A stretch of 64,000 nucleotides of DNA from assembly GCA_050298055.1 (NCBI GenBank), contig JBNKTL010000005.1, positions 77,104 through 141,103 on the forward strand, in the 5' to 3' direction. This stretch comes from Spirochaetota bacterium. GTDB taxonomy: Bacteria; Spirochaetota; UBA4802; UBA5550. Made by a program: the position numbers and the translations under genes. Positions 10,664 through 21,130 of this stretch are shown one piece after another. The notes beneath the pieces are model-generated. The model had not been told where the DNA came from. It made no database searches and saw only the letters and a program-made list of their open reading frames with translations. Within the stretch, counting starts at the first letter, position 1. Each line of letters begins with the position of its first letter.

Positions 10664-11551
10664 ATGTCAAAATTTATTCGTATTGGTGAAAACTTAAACG
10701 TCATGTCCAAGGTTCTCGGGCCGGCTATGAAAGAGAGAAATCCCGGCCCTATCCAGGAGATGGTTAAAAAAGAAGCTGAAAAGGGTGTGGATTATATCGA
10801 TCTGAATATCGGCCCCGCGCGGAAAGAGGGTGATAAGCTCATGGACTGGGTGGTCAATACTGTCCAGGAAGTTACGGATATTCCCCTTTCGCTGGATACA
10901 ACAAGCCTTGTTGCCATGGAAGCGGGTCTGAAAGCGGCAAAGAACAAACCGCTTATCAACTCTGTGACCATGCAGTCTGACAGGCTTGTTCCCGGGCTGG
11001 AACTTGCGGCGAAGTACAATGCCGATGTTGTTGCCGTGCTCTGGAGCGACCAGGGAATGCCCCGGGACACCAACGAGCGCGCAATGCACGTGGTTGATTT
11101 CTCTACAAAGGCGGCGGAACTGGGGGTCCCCCTGGAAAATATATGGTTTGATCCCATTGTCTCGCCAATCAGTGTTGAGGTAAACCAGGTCAAGGCATGT
11201 GTTGAGTGTATGGGAATGCTTGCCGATATTGCTCCCGGCTCAAAATCAACCGTGGGCCTTTCAAACGTATCCAACGGTGTTCCCGAGGAGCTTCGGCCAT
11301 GGCTGAATATTACCTATTTGATCATGTTGATGAAAAACGGTCTCTATTCTGCCATCGTTGACGCTTTTGATGATGAAATGACTGCATTTGTATCAGGAGA
11401 GAAACAGAACATTGTGGATCTCGTGAACAGAATGACAGATGGTGAAAAAGTTGATATAAATTCACTGAGCGATGTAGAGAAGAAATTTGCCAAGACAGTG
11501 AAGGTGCTCACAGGTGAGACTCTCTTCTCTGATTCATGGCTTGAGGTTTAA
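10664..11551 (+). CDS. acsE: Methyl-THF:corrinoid Fe-S protein methyltransferase (pterin-binding barrel)
   Basis: IGENLN, IDLNIG, PLSLDT, LINS, GLSNVSNG; follows acsC. Confidence 0.9.
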   Translation: MSKFIRIGENLNVMSKVLGPAMKERNPGPIQEMVKKEAEKGVDYIDLNIGPARKEGDKLMDWVVNTVQEVTDIPLSLDTTSLVAMEAGLKAAKNKPLINSVTMQSDRLVPGLELAAKYNADVVAVLWSDQGMPRDTNERAMHVVDFSTKAAELGVPLENIWFDPIVSPISVEVNQVKACVECMGMLADIAPGSKSTVGLSNVSNGVPEELRPWLNITYLIMLMKNGLYSAIVDAFDDEMTAFVSGEKQNIVDLVNRMTDGEKVDINSLSDVEKKFAKTVKVLTGETLFSDSWLEV

Positions 11552-11703
11552 TGAACCTGTAGTGTTAAAGATAACGCCTCCGGCCCATCCGTGCCGGGGG
11601 CGTATGATATAACTGTTATTATACATAAAAAAGATTTCTGTTATAATTTATTTTTCCCTCAAAAAAATAATACTCTCAGTAAATTAGTAGGAGAGGATTC
11701 ACT

Positions 11704-12360
11704 ATGACGACAATAACCGAAGAGATTAAAAAGGAAGAAAAAGCCGAAGGTGCCGTTAAACCGGATACGGCGGAGAGGCCCCGGGCAAAATATACCTACA
11801 GGCTGAATGAGTACAGATCCTTTGCCGGTGAGATTGCCGGTGCCAGCGGTGAGCCCATAAACAGCTGCTACCAGTGTAAGAAGTGTTCCAACGGCTGTCC
11901 CGTTACCTATGCCATGGACTACCAGCCGCACCAGGTAATAAAGATGATGCAGCTGGGACTTGAGGAAAAGGTCCTTTCATCAAAGACCCTGTGGCTCTGT
12001 GCCGCCTGTGAAACATGCGGGACGCGGTGTCCCAATGAGATAAAGCTCGCGGAGATGTTCGATGTCCTCAAACAAAAGGCGGAAAAGTCCGGGTACCGGG
12101 TAGGGCATAAAGAAGCTTCCGTATTACACAAAGTCTTTCTCTCTTCGGTTAAGAAATACGGGCGGGTCCATGAAGTGGGAATGATGAGGCAGTTCATGCT
12201 GAAATCAGGAGGGCTCATGGGGAAGTTGTTCAGCGGGGCCCTTTTCAAAGACGCGATCCTGGGCCTGAAATTTTTCAAGAGGGGCAAACTCTCCCTGTCT
12301 GCCCACAGGATCAAGGGTGTGGATGAAGTAAAAAAAATCTTAAAAGGGGTAGGGAAATAG
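11704..12360 (+). CDS. hdrC: Heterodisulfide reductase subunit C-like Fe-S protein
   Basis: CYQCKKCSNGCP and WLCAACETCGTRCP; precedes hdrB. Confidence 0.9.
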   Translation: MTTITEEIKKEEKAEGAVKPDTAERPRAKYTYRLNEYRSFAGEIAGASGEPINSCYQCKKCSNGCPVTYAMDYQPHQVIKMMQLGLEEKVLSSKTLWLCAACETCGTRCPNEIKLAEMFDVLKQKAEKSGYRVGHKEASVLHKVFLSSVKKYGRVHEVGMMRQFMLKSGGLMGKLFSGALFKDAILGLKFFKRGKLSLSAHRIKGVDEVKKILKGVGK

Positions 12361-12361
12361 T

Positions 12362-13216
12362 ATGAAAGCTTCTTATTATCCCGGCTGTTCCCTGCACGGA
12401 ACGGGACTGGAATATGGCGAATCAACAGAGACAGTGTTTAAAGCTCTCGGAGCGGATCTTGTTGAAATAGATGACTGGAACTGCTGCGGCGCGTCATCGG
12501 GCCACAGTGCCGGTAAGAAAATTGCCGTTGAACTGGCGGGAAGAAATCTTATGCAGGCTGAAAAGAACGGCTTAAAGGACATGGTGGTCCCCTGTTCCGC
12601 GTGCTACCAGAGAACAAAGGTGGCCGAGAATGAAATTGAGAAAGACCCGGAATCTTTCCCCGAAGTGAAATATAACGGTGAACTGAAGGTATGGGACATT
12701 CTCTCATTCCTCAAAGAAGAAGTGGGATTCGATGCCATAAAATCAAGGGTACAGAAAAAACTGGAAGGCCTCAGGGCTGTCTGTTACTACGGCTGCCTTA
12801 CCATGAGGCACCCGGAAATTACGGGAGCAAAGGAATATGAAAATCCAACGAATATGGAGAAGCTCCTCTCTGTTCTCGGTGTGGAGGTGATAGAGTGGTC
12901 CTACAAGACAGACTGCTGCGGGGGCGGACTGGTGCTTTCGAGCCCGGATGTTGTTTTTGACCTCACCGGGAAGCTTTTTACAAAGGCCCGGGAAGCGGGT
13001 GCCCAGTGCCTTGTGACAATATGCCCTCTCTGCCAGGGAAACCTTGACCAGAGACAGGGCGACGCGGGAGCAAAGCTTAAAACAAAGTTTGATCTTCCGG
13101 TGTTCTATATTACCGAGTTGATCGGTCTCGCCCTGGGAGAGAAGGAGACGGAAAAGTGGCTTAAAAGGCACTTTGTTGACCCTGTAAGACTTCTAAAGTC
13201 AAAGGGTCTTTTGTGA
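12362..13216 (+). CDS. hdrB: Heterodisulfide reductase subunit B (two CCG domains)
   Basis: YYPGC, WNCCGA, CSAC, YYGC, DCCGG, CPLCQ. Confidence 0.93.
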   Translation: MKASYYPGCSLHGTGLEYGESTETVFKALGADLVEIDDWNCCGASSGHSAGKKIAVELAGRNLMQAEKNGLKDMVVPCSACYQRTKVAENEIEKDPESFPEVKYNGELKVWDILSFLKEEVGFDAIKSRVQKKLEGLRAVCYYGCLTMRHPEITGAKEYENPTNMEKLLSVLGVEVIEWSYKTDCCGGGLVLSSPDVVFDLTGKLFTKAREAGAQCLVTICPLCQGNLDQRQGDAGAKLKTKFDLPVFYITELIGLALGEKETEKWLKRHFVDPVRLLKSKGLL

Positions 13217-13358
13217 AGGAATAATGAGCTATTTATGAAGCCCCTAACCCCCGGAGGGGGCATAAGAGAGTGTTTGAAAATATCTTGCGCCCCCTGAGGG
13301 GGCTGGGGGGATATGCAGCAGTGTATTTGCATAAATAATTTTAATCAGGACAATAACT

Positions 13359-16300
13359 ATGACTGAAAAAGATAATGTTGTTCAACTGAATGAGAAGACA
13401 GGACCGGGGTCCGGTGTAGGGGCTGTTATGGTGGTCGGCAGCGGTATTGCGGGGATGCAGGCAGCCCTTGATCTTGCTAACAGCGGTTTTAAGGTCTACC
13501 TCATTGAGAGGGACACGGCAATAGGGGGAAAGATGTCGCAGCTTGACAAAACATTCCCAACAAACGACTGCGCAATGTGTGTTATCTCTCCCAAGTTGAT
13601 TGAAGTTGATAAGAACATTAATATAGATATTATCACAAACTCCGAGGTCATGGCTGTCGAGGGAAGTGTGGGAGAATTCGAAATTACCGTGAGGGAACAC
13701 GCGCGGTATGTAGACCTTGACAAGTGTACATCATGCGGCGACTGTCTTAAGGTCTGTCCCATATCCCTGCCCAACGACTACAACCTCAACCTCAATGAGA
13801 AAAACGCCATATACAAAAGATACCCCCAGGGCATCCCCAATGGCTATGCCATTGAAAAGGCGGACAGGGCCCCCTGCGGTCTCACCTGTCCCACGGGGAT
13901 AAACGTGCAGGGGTATGTTGCCCTTGTGGGAGACGGGAAGTTCCGGGAGGCGTATGATCTCATTACCGAAAGGAACCCTTTCCCCTCTGTATGCGGGCGT
14001 GTCTGCCACCATCCCTGTGAGGGAGAGTGTAACAGGGGGGATATTGACGAACCTGTTGCCATCAACAACCTCAAGAGGTTTACCTCTGACTGGGTAAGAA
14101 AGAAGAGGAAAGAGGAAGGATACCAGGTTGAGAAACCGGAAATTGATTCCGGTAAGAAGAAGGTCGCCATCGTGGGCGGCGGGCCGGCAGGTCTTACCGC
14201 GGCCAGGGACCTTGTTCTCGCGGGATACCCGGTTACTGTTTTTGAGGCCCGGGAGAAACTGGGCGGCGCAATGAGATACAGTATTCCCCGGTACAGGCTT
14301 CCCGAAGAGATGCTCGACTGGGACATTAAAAATATCATCGAACTGGGGATCGAGGTTAAAACGGAAACGGCACTGGGAAAGGACTTTACCGTTGAGAGCC
14401 TCATGCAGGGAGAATTTGGGGCCGTATTTCTCGGTATAGGAGCGCGGCTGGGAAGCTCATCACGGGCGAAGGGTGAAGAACTGGAAGGCGTCATGCAGGG
14501 GATCGATTTTCTCCTGGATGTAAGCCGGGGAAAGGACGTGGATGTGAAGGGCGGTGATGTCTTTGTTATCGGCGGAGGTAACACGGCCATCGATGCTTCC
14601 CGGACAGCACTCCGGCTGGGGGCCAAAAGCGTCACCATCGTCTACAGGAGGACCGAGGCTGAGATGCCCGCCCAGGACGAGGAGATCGAGGACGCGAAGG
14701 AAGAGGGGATCAGGATCGAGGTTCTCAATGCCCCTGTTGAATATATCGGCGAAAACGGCAGGCTGAAGAAGGTCAGGCTCCAGAAGATGGAGCTGGGAGA
14801 ACCGGACGAGAGCGGCCGGAGAAGACCGGTGCCCGTTGAAGGAAGTGAATATGAAGTTGATGTTGATTATGTTATTGCCGCCATCGGGCAAAATGTTGAT
14901 ACGGACTGCCTCGACGGCGTGAATACCTCCCGGTGGGGGACCATAGAAGCGGATGAACTGCTTTTGACCACTAACAGGGAGGGAGTGTTTGCCGGCGGAG
15001 ACGCCGTTACGGGACCTGCGTCTGTTGTTGAAGCCATCAACCAGGGACATGAGGCAGCCGAGAGCATCATGAGATTTCTTGAAGGCAGGGACATTGCCCG
15101 GGGCCGGGAAAAGCCGGAACAGGAAATGGCCAAAGTCCCGGAGAACAGGCCTTACTACAGCAGGGAGAGGTATGAGGCCGGGAAGATCCCCGTTGAAGAG
15201 AGAAGGGGGAACTACAATGAAGTGGAACAGACATTTACCGAGGAGATGGCGGTGGATGAGGCCAAACGATGTGTTGCCTGCGGCATCTGCTGCGAGTGTT
15301 TCCAGTGTGTTATTGCCTGCCTTCCCGGGGCGGTGAACCACGACCAGGAGACCGTTGACGTAAAATACAAGGTGGGGTCCCTTGTCCTTGCACCCGGATT
15401 TGATCTCTTTGACGCTTATAAGAAGCCGGAATACGGATACGGAAGGTACCGGAACGTCATTACCTCCATGGAGATGGAGAGGACATTCAGCGCGTCCGGG
15501 CCGTACCAGGGGCATGTGAAACGGCCCTCTGACAAGACCCTGCCGCCGAGAATTGCCTGGCTGCAGTGTGTGGGATCAAGAGACGCGTCCATCGGCCGGG
15601 AATACTGTTCATCGGTCTGCTGTACCTATGCCACAAAGCAGGCCACTCTTGCCAGGGACCACTACAGGGAGAAGGTCAGTGCCACGATTTTTCTCAACGA
15701 TTTAAGAACATTCGGAAAGGGTTTCGAGCGCTACTACAACAACGCCGTGGAGAAGTATGGTGTGAGATATGTAAAGAGCTTTATCTCCACCATTAAGGAA
15801 GTCCCTGAAACGAAGAACCTTTTGATAACGTATATAAATGAAGAGGGTAAGCTCACCGAGGAGGAGTTTGACCTTGTTGTCCTCTCCATGGGGCTTGTTC
15901 CCTCGAAGACATCCCGGGATCTCGCGGAGAGACTGGAGATCGGGCTGAACAAGTACGGATTTGTTGAACCGCAGCCCATGAAGCCGGGAGAAACATCCCG
16001 GGAGGGGATATTCGTGGCAGGGGCCTTTGAGGCGCCCAAGGACATCCCGGAATCGGTCATGAGCGCCAGCAGTGCCGCGGCACTTTCAACGGAGTTTCTC
16101 TCAAAGTCCCGGGGTTCCATGGTAACCGGTAAGGAGTACCCCCCGGAGAAGAAGATAGGCCCTGAAGACGAACCGAGGATAGGGGTGTTTGTCTGTCACT
16201 GCGGAGTGAACATAGCGGGTGTTGTTGATGTCCCCAATGTAGTGGATTATGCCAAAACAATACCCAATGTGGTGCATGTTGAGAACAACCTCTTCACCTG

Positions 16301-17837
16301 CTCAAGCGATACCCAGGAGCATCTGAAAGAGGTCATTGAAGAACATAAGCTCAACAGGGTGGTGGTTGCCTCCTGTTCGCCCAGGACCCATGAACCCCTT
16401 TTCCAGGAGACAATAAGGGACGCCGGTCTCAACAAGTATCTATTCGAGATGGCAAATATCCGGGACCAGTGCTCATGGGTCCACGCCACCGAACCGGACC
16501 ACGCCACCGACAAGGCCAGGGACCTGGTAAGAATGGCCGTATCACGATCAAAAACCCTGGAGTCCCTCTACGAGATGCCCTTTAAAGTGAAACAGAACGC
16601 CCTGATAATCGGGGGGGGTGTTTCCGGTATGACAGCCGCGGTGGGCCTTGCAAAGCAGGGTTTTAAATCAGACCTTGTTGAGATATCGGACAGCCTGGGA
16701 GGCAACGCGCACCATGTTCATTATACACTTGAAGGTGTGGAGCCGGGAGCATATCTCCGGGGACTTATTGATGAAGTCAATTCAAATGACCTGATCAATG
16801 TCCGCCTGAACACGAGTGTTAAGAGGTACACCGGGCACGTTGGAAACTTTACAACGGTTGTGGAAAGCGACGGGAACCAGTTTGAGATTGAACACGGCGC
16901 GTATATTGTCGCCACGGGAGGTGTTGAATATCGGCCCCGCGAATACATGTACGGGGAAAACGAAAATGTTGTAACGCAGGTGGAACTTGAAGAGAGGATC
17001 ACCGGCAGCCCCGAAGTGTTCAAGAGCGTACAAACAATTGTTATGATACAGTGCGTGGGGTCCCGGGACAGCGAACACCCCTACTGCAGCAGGTACTGCT
17101 GTTCCGCCGCGGTGAAAAACGCGCTGAAGCTCAGGGAAATCAACCCGGAGATGAATATCCATGTCCTTTACCGGGACATCCGTACCTACGGATTTAAGGA
17201 ACTCTACTATAAAGAGGCACGGGAGAAGGGGATAAACTTCATTACCTATGACAAAGATATTAAACCGGAAATAAGCAAAGGGACCGGTTCCCCTCTCTCC
17301 GCGGTTGTTTATAATAAGGAGCTTGATGCCGATCTTGAGATCGATGCGGATCTCGTTGTACTCAGCGCCGCAATAAGGCCCCATCCGGAGAGCCACAGGA
17401 TCGTTGAGGCCCTGAAACTCTCAAACGATCCGGACAACTTTTTCCTTGAGGCCCACATGAAGCTGCGGCCCCTGGATTTTGCCAATATCGGCGTCTTCCT
17501 CTGCGGTCTCGCCCATTCGCCAAAGCTCATTGAGGAGAGCATTTCCCAGGCCAAAGGGGCGGTATCCCGGGCCTGCACGGTCCTCTCCCGGGAGGAGATG
17601 ATGGTAGGGGGGATCGTCTCACATGTGGATGCGGACAGGTGCGTGGCCTGTCTTACCTGCATCAGGGTGTGTCCCTATGATGTTCCGGTAATCAACGCGG
17701 AGGGTGTTGCCGAGATATCCGAGGCATCGTGCCAGGGCTGCGGAAACTGCGCGGCAGCCTGTCCCCGGAAGGCCATTGAGGTCTATCACTATAAAGACAG
17801 ACAGATAATCAGCAAATGTGAGGTGCTCTTCGCATAG
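13359..17837 (+). CDS. hdrA: Large HdrA-family flavoprotein (HdrL type) with two HdrA modules and an inserted GltD/NfnB-like NAD(P)H:FAD module
   Basis: LDKTFPTNDC, two QCVGSRD/YCS..CC sets, VFVCHCG, ANIRDQCSWVH; insert carries CGRVCHHPCE, GGGPAG, GGGNTA, YRR, FAGGD. Confidence 0.92.
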   Translation: MTEKDNVVQLNEKTGPGSGVGAVMVVGSGIAGMQAALDLANSGFKVYLIERDTAIGGKMSQLDKTFPTNDCAMCVISPKLIEVDKNINIDIITNSEVMAVEGSVGEFEITVREHARYVDLDKCTSCGDCLKVCPISLPNDYNLNLNEKNAIYKRYPQGIPNGYAIEKADRAPCGLTCPTGINVQGYVALVGDGKFREAYDLITERNPFPSVCGRVCHHPCEGECNRGDIDEPVAINNLKRFTSDWVRKKRKEEGYQVEKPEIDSGKKKVAIVGGGPAGLTAARDLVLAGYPVTVFEAREKLGGAMRYSIPRYRLPEEMLDWDIKNIIELGIEVKTETALGKDFTVESLMQGEFGAVFLGIGARLGSSSRAKGEELEGVMQGIDFLLDVSRGKDVDVKGGDVFVIGGGNTAIDASRTALRLGAKSVTIVYRRTEAEMPAQDEEIEDAKEEGIRIEVLNAPVEYIGENGRLKKVRLQKMELGEPDESGRRRPVPVEGSEYEVDVDYVIAAIGQNVDTDCLDGVNTSRWGTIEADELLLTTNREGVFAGGDAVTGPASVVEAINQGHEAAESIMRFLEGRDIARGREKPEQEMAKVPENRPYYSRERYEAGKIPVEERRGNYNEVEQTFTEEMAVDEAKRCVACGICCECFQCVIACLPGAVNHDQETVDVKYKVGSLVLAPGFDLFDAYKKPEYGYGRYRNVITSMEMERTFSASGPYQGHVKRPSDKTLPPRIAWLQCVGSRDASIGREYCSSVCCTYATKQATLARDHYREKVSATIFLNDLRTFGKGFERYYNNAVEKYGVRYVKSFISTIKEVPETKNLLITYINEEGKLTEEEFDLVVLSMGLVPSKTSRDLAERLEIGLNKYGFVEPQPMKPGETSREGIFVAGAFEAPKDIPESVMSASSAAALSTEFLSKSRGSMVTGKEYPPEKKIGPEDEPRIGVFVCHCGVNIAGVVDVPNVVDYAKTIPNVVHVENNLFTCSSDTQEHLKEVIEEHKLNRVVVASCSPRTHEPLFQETIRDAGLNKYLFEMANIRDQCSWVHATEPDHATDKARDLVRMAVSRSKTLESLYEMPFKVKQNALIIGGGVSGMTAAVGLAKQGFKSDLVEISDSLGGNAHHVHYTLEGVEPGAYLRGLIDEVNSNDLINVRLNTSVKRYTGHVGNFTTVVESDGNQFEIEHGAYIVATGGVEYRPREYMYGENENVVTQVELEERITGSPEVFKSVQTIVMIQCVGSRDSEHPYCSRYCCSAAVKNALKLREINPEMNIHVLYRDIRTYGFKELYYKEAREKGINFITYDKDIKPEISKGTGSPLSAVVYNKELDADLEIDADLVVLSAAIRPHPESHRIVEALKLSNDPDNFFLEAHMKLRPLDFANIGVFLCGLAHSPKLIEESISQAKGAVSRACTVLSREEMMVGGIVSHVDADRCVACLTCIRVCPYDVPVINAEGVAEISEASCQGCGNCAAACPRKAIEVYHYKDRQIISKCEVLFA

Positions 17838-17880
17838 GATGGTGCTGAAATGGATGATAACTTTAATGTTAAAAAGATTG

Positions 17881-17990
17881 GCCACAGAGGTACATTAAGT
17901 TCCAAGTTACGAGTTGAAGACACTGAAAATAAACAAAGAACTTGGAACCTGGAACCTGGAACTCAAAACTCTATTCATAACCTCTGTGGC
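17881..17990. repeat. Palindromic element with 7-mer tandem repeats
   Basis: gccacagaggt/acctctgtggc outer inverted repeat enclosing agttccaagtt and (tggaacc)n. Confidence 0.7.
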
Positions 17991-18050
17991 AGATTTATAA
18001 TTTAGATAATAAATACTGATTATGTTTAATAATTTAAGGAGAATGAGTGA

Positions 18051-18500
18051 ATGAGCACAGATTTTGAACCGAAAATAGCGGCATTTGCCTGTCACTACTG
18101 TTCCTATACGGCGGCGGACCTGGCGGGCTCCATGAGGCTTGACTATCCCTCTACGGTGCGGATCATCAAGCTTCTCTGCACCGGCCGTGTGGATACTATC
18201 CACCTGCTCAAGGCATTCGAAGAAGGCGCTGATGCTGTCTTCGTTGCCGGATGAGAAGAGGGCGACTGCAATTTCCTGGAAGGAAATTATCGAGCGAAAA
18301 ACCGCGTTAAATATACAAAGAAGTTACTTGATGAAATAGGGATTGGCGGAGACCGGCTGGAGATGTACAACATTGGCGCTTCCGAGGGGCCCATGTTTGC
18401 CCAGGCGGTAAAGGAGATGACCGAGAAGGCCAGGGAACTGGGCCCGAGCCCTATTACCAGGAAAAAACACCACGAAGGAGACCAGGGGGACAGAAGATGA
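18051..18500 (+). CDS. mvhD: MvhD-type [2Fe-2S] subunit, selenoprotein (in-frame TGA at 18252-18254), 149 aa
   Basis: FAC..C, LCTGRVD, GADAVFVAG-TGA-EEGDCNFLEGN...ELGPSP; TGA occupies a conserved Cys position; readthrough ends at TGA 18498-18500, overlapping the metV ATG. Confidence 0.92.
18270..18288 (+). promoter_or_regulatory. Putative bacterial SECIS hairpin
   Basis: aatttcct-gga-aggaaatt stem-loop, G-rich loop about 24 nt 3' of the TGA. Confidence 0.65.
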
Positions 18501-19165
18501 TCGTAGCAAATCGAAAACCCATAGAAGAGATAAAAGAGATGCTCTCTCCATACAAAAAGATATTACTTGCCGGGTGCGGGACCTGTGTCAGTGTTTGTAT
18601 GGCCGGGGGTGAAAAAGAGGTGGAGATCCTTGCCAGTGAACTGAGGATGATATCCGAAATGGAAAACAAAGGCTGGGAGATCACCGAAAAGACCCTGCAG
18701 CGCCAGTGCGACAGGGAGTACATTGAACCGTTTAAGGATGATTTTGACGGAGCGGATATCGTCATGTCCATGGCCTGCGGCGTGGGTGTTCAGTATTCGG
18801 CGGAAGTGTTCCCGAAGTCTGTTGTCGTCCCGGCGCTGAATACCACATTCTACGGTACCAACCTGGGTGAGGGTGAGTGGTCCGAACGCTGCGCGGGATG
18901 CGGAGACTGTGTCCTTGACCAGACACTGGGGATCTGCCCCGTTGCCCGGTGCTCCAAGGGGCTCTACAACGGGCCCTGCGGCGGGACCGACAAGGGGAAA
19001 TGCGAGGTGAGCCAGGAGCTTGACTGCGCGTGGTACCTTATCCATGAAAGGATGAAGGAACTGGACAGGCTTGACATGATGGGTAAAATCATCGAGCCCA
19101 GAAGCTGGAGCTCCAGCCTCAACGGGGGACCCAGAACGAGAATCAGGGAGGACTTAAAGAAATGA
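18497..19165 (+). CDS. metV: Methylene-THF reductase Fe-S/Zn subunit
   Basis: GCGTC..VC, RQC, ACGVG, CAGCGDC, CPVARCSKGLYNGPCGG, CAW. Confidence 0.93.
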   Translation: MIVANRKPIEEIKEMLSPYKKILLAGCGTCVSVCMAGGEKEVEILASELRMISEMENKGWEITEKTLQRQCDREYIEPFKDDFDGADIVMSMACGVGVQYSAEVFPKSVVVPALNTTFYGTNLGEGEWSERCAGCGDCVLDQTLGICPVARCSKGLYNGPCGGTDKGKCEVSQELDCAWYLIHERMKELDRLDMMGKIIEPRSWSSSLNGGPRTRIREDLKK

Positions 19166-20094
19166 AATCAGGCAGTAATTTAGAAAAAGTCTTTGCAAAG
19201 GGAGAATTTGCCATAACCGGCGAGCTCGGCCCTCCCAAGGGGAGCGATGTTGAGGAAGTGAAAAAGAAGGCCGGTATGCTCAAGGGGTTCGTTGACGCGG
19301 TCAATATTACTGATAACCAGACTGCGGTGGTGAGGATGTCCAGTATCGCCGCTTCAACCATCTGCCTGCAGGAGGGCCTTGAGCCTGTGATGCAGATGGT
19401 CTGCCGTGACAGGAACAGGATCGCGATGCAGAGTGACATCCTGGGCGCTGCCGCCTTTGGTCTCAGAAATATTCTCTGTCTCAGCGGTGACCACCAGTCA
19501 TTCGGGAACCAGGCCGCCGGCAAAAACGTTTTTGATATAGACTCCATACAGCTCATCAGCACGGTAAAGAGGATGCGGGATGAGAAAAAGCTCCTGAACA
19601 ACGATGATGAACTCATGGGGGGTGCTCCCTTTTTTATCGGGGCGGCGGCGAATCCCTTCGCGGAGCCCTTTGATTACAGGCCCTACAGGCTCAAAAAGAA
19701 GGTCGAGGCGGGCGTGGACTTTATCCAGACGCAGTGCATATACGACATGGATATGTTCAGGGAGTATATGAAAAAGGTCGTTGATATGGGACTTCATGAA
19801 AAATGCAGGATAATGGCGGGTATTACACCCCTGAAGTCCGCGGGTATGACAAAGTATATGGCCAACAGGGTCCCGGGTATCATCATCCCCCAGTCGTATA
19901 TCGACCGGATGAGCGGTGTCCCCAAGGAAGAGGCCGCCGAAGAAGGGATCAAGATCTGTATCGAGCAGATGCACCAGATGAAGGAGATCGAGGGTGTGGC
20001 CGGTATCCACCTCATGGCCATCGAATGGGAGCACCGTTCCGGTGAGATCATCGAGAGGGCGGGTTTCCTCCCGCGGCCGGTTTTTGAGAGTTAG
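19162..20094 (+). CDS. metF: Methylene-THF reductase catalytic subunit
   Basis: ELGPPKG, NITDN, CRDRNRIAMQSD, LSGD, AGVDFIQTQ, GIHLM. Confidence 0.95.
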   Translation: MKSGSNLEKVFAKGEFAITGELGPPKGSDVEEVKKKAGMLKGFVDAVNITDNQTAVVRMSSIAASTICLQEGLEPVMQMVCRDRNRIAMQSDILGAAAFGLRNILCLSGDHQSFGNQAAGKNVFDIDSIQLISTVKRMRDEKKLLNNDDELMGGAPFFIGAAANPFAEPFDYRPYRLKKKVEAGVDFIQTQCIYDMDMFREYMKKVVDMGLHEKCRIMAGITPLKSAGMTKYMANRVPGIIIPQSYIDRMSGVPKEEAAEEGIKICIEQMHQMKEIEGVAGIHLMAIEWEHRSGEIIERAGFLPRPVFES

Positions 20095-20163
20095 AGAGGA
20101 TGTTAAAACAATTTTAATAATATTACGGAAGGCGCGGTTTTAAGACCGCGCCTTTTTTTATAA
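20026..20163 (+). repeat. Direct repeat copy 1: metF 3' end plus terminator
   Basis: 20026-20099 matches 23822-23895 at 71/74 nt; looser similarity continues through the terminator. Confidence 0.92.
20129..20159 (+). terminator. Rho-independent terminator after metF
   Basis: aaggcgcggt...accgcgcctt followed by a T run. Confidence 0.85.
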
Positions 20164-20536
20164 AAAAGTATTAGTATTTAGGAGGAATTTTTCTGTTTTC
20201 CTGTGCTTTTTTGTCAGCTGAAAGTCTCTGAATAAGAAAAAAATTAGTATTAATCTTGACGTTAGTAGTTTTTTTTACTAATTTTATATTTAATAATGAT
20301 GTGATGTGATAGTTTTAGTCGGGAATATATAATTAATCTCTAATACAAACAAAGCAAATTATAATTTCTCGTATATTCTTACTAAGCATTTGTACGTCCT
20401 GTTTAATTTTTGGACACATATGAAAGGACTTTTTTGTATGAAAAGGTCCTAGTTGTGGATACCGGCTTTTTCTTTTTTAAGGCTTTTTGTATTTTAAACG
20501 GGCCTTTGGGTGGAGAAATTTCCTGGGAAAAAATAC

Positions 20537-21052
20537 ATGAAGCTAAATACAAAAATATTTCTCTTTTTGAAAATTTTATTGCATATTTCCTTCCTGACCA
20601 CTGGTACTCTATCGGTTGCAGCAGAAATAAAAGTTAACGATAAAGCACCATACATTACTCTGCGCGATATCAATAACCGGCTGATATTCGGTAAAAATAT
20701 ACTTAAAGAAAAACCTATAATAGCCGGGTTCTTTTTTACTGATTGCCTGCCCTGTAAAAAAGAAATTCCTGAACTTGAACTCCTGAATAAAAAATACAGC
20801 CAAAAAATAAAGATGTTCCTTATTGCGACCGACAAGGAAGGCGCAGATGCGGTTGTTCCCTACATGAAAATGATGAATATTACGATCGACGTACTAATTG
20901 ATAAGTACTCCGATGTAGCGCGGGATTATGGTGTTACAAAATATCCCTCGCTGTTCATAATCGGAAGAAACGGAAAAGTGTTGTATTCATGCTATGGATA
21001 CAAAAAAGACAATATCCGGAATATAGAAAAAATCATCAAAGGCTTGAAGTAG
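20537..21052 (+). CDS. TlpA/ResA-like thioredoxin-fold protein, exported
   Basis: Hydrophobic N-terminus, AP.ITL.D, CLPC CxxC motif, YGV..YP..FII. Confidence 0.85.
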   Translation: MKLNTKIFLFLKILLHISFLTTGTLSVAAEIKVNDKAPYITLRDINNRLIFGKNILKEKPIIAGFFFTDCLPCKKEIPELELLNKKYSQKIKMFLIATDKEGADAVVPYMKMMNITIDVLIDKYSDVARDYGVTKYPSLFIIGRNGKVLYSCYGYKKDNIRNIEKIIKGLK

Positions 21053-21130
21053 AAGGAGTCATTAAACTGTCATTACAAAGAATAACCGGGCATTAAAACA
21101 TATGATTAATCTTATCTATAGAGGAGAGTT

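Noticed and set aside
18051..18254. mvhD as a truncated pseudogene
   Set aside because: The stop is TGA at a conserved Cys position, the downstream frame is intact and a SECIS-like hairpin follows
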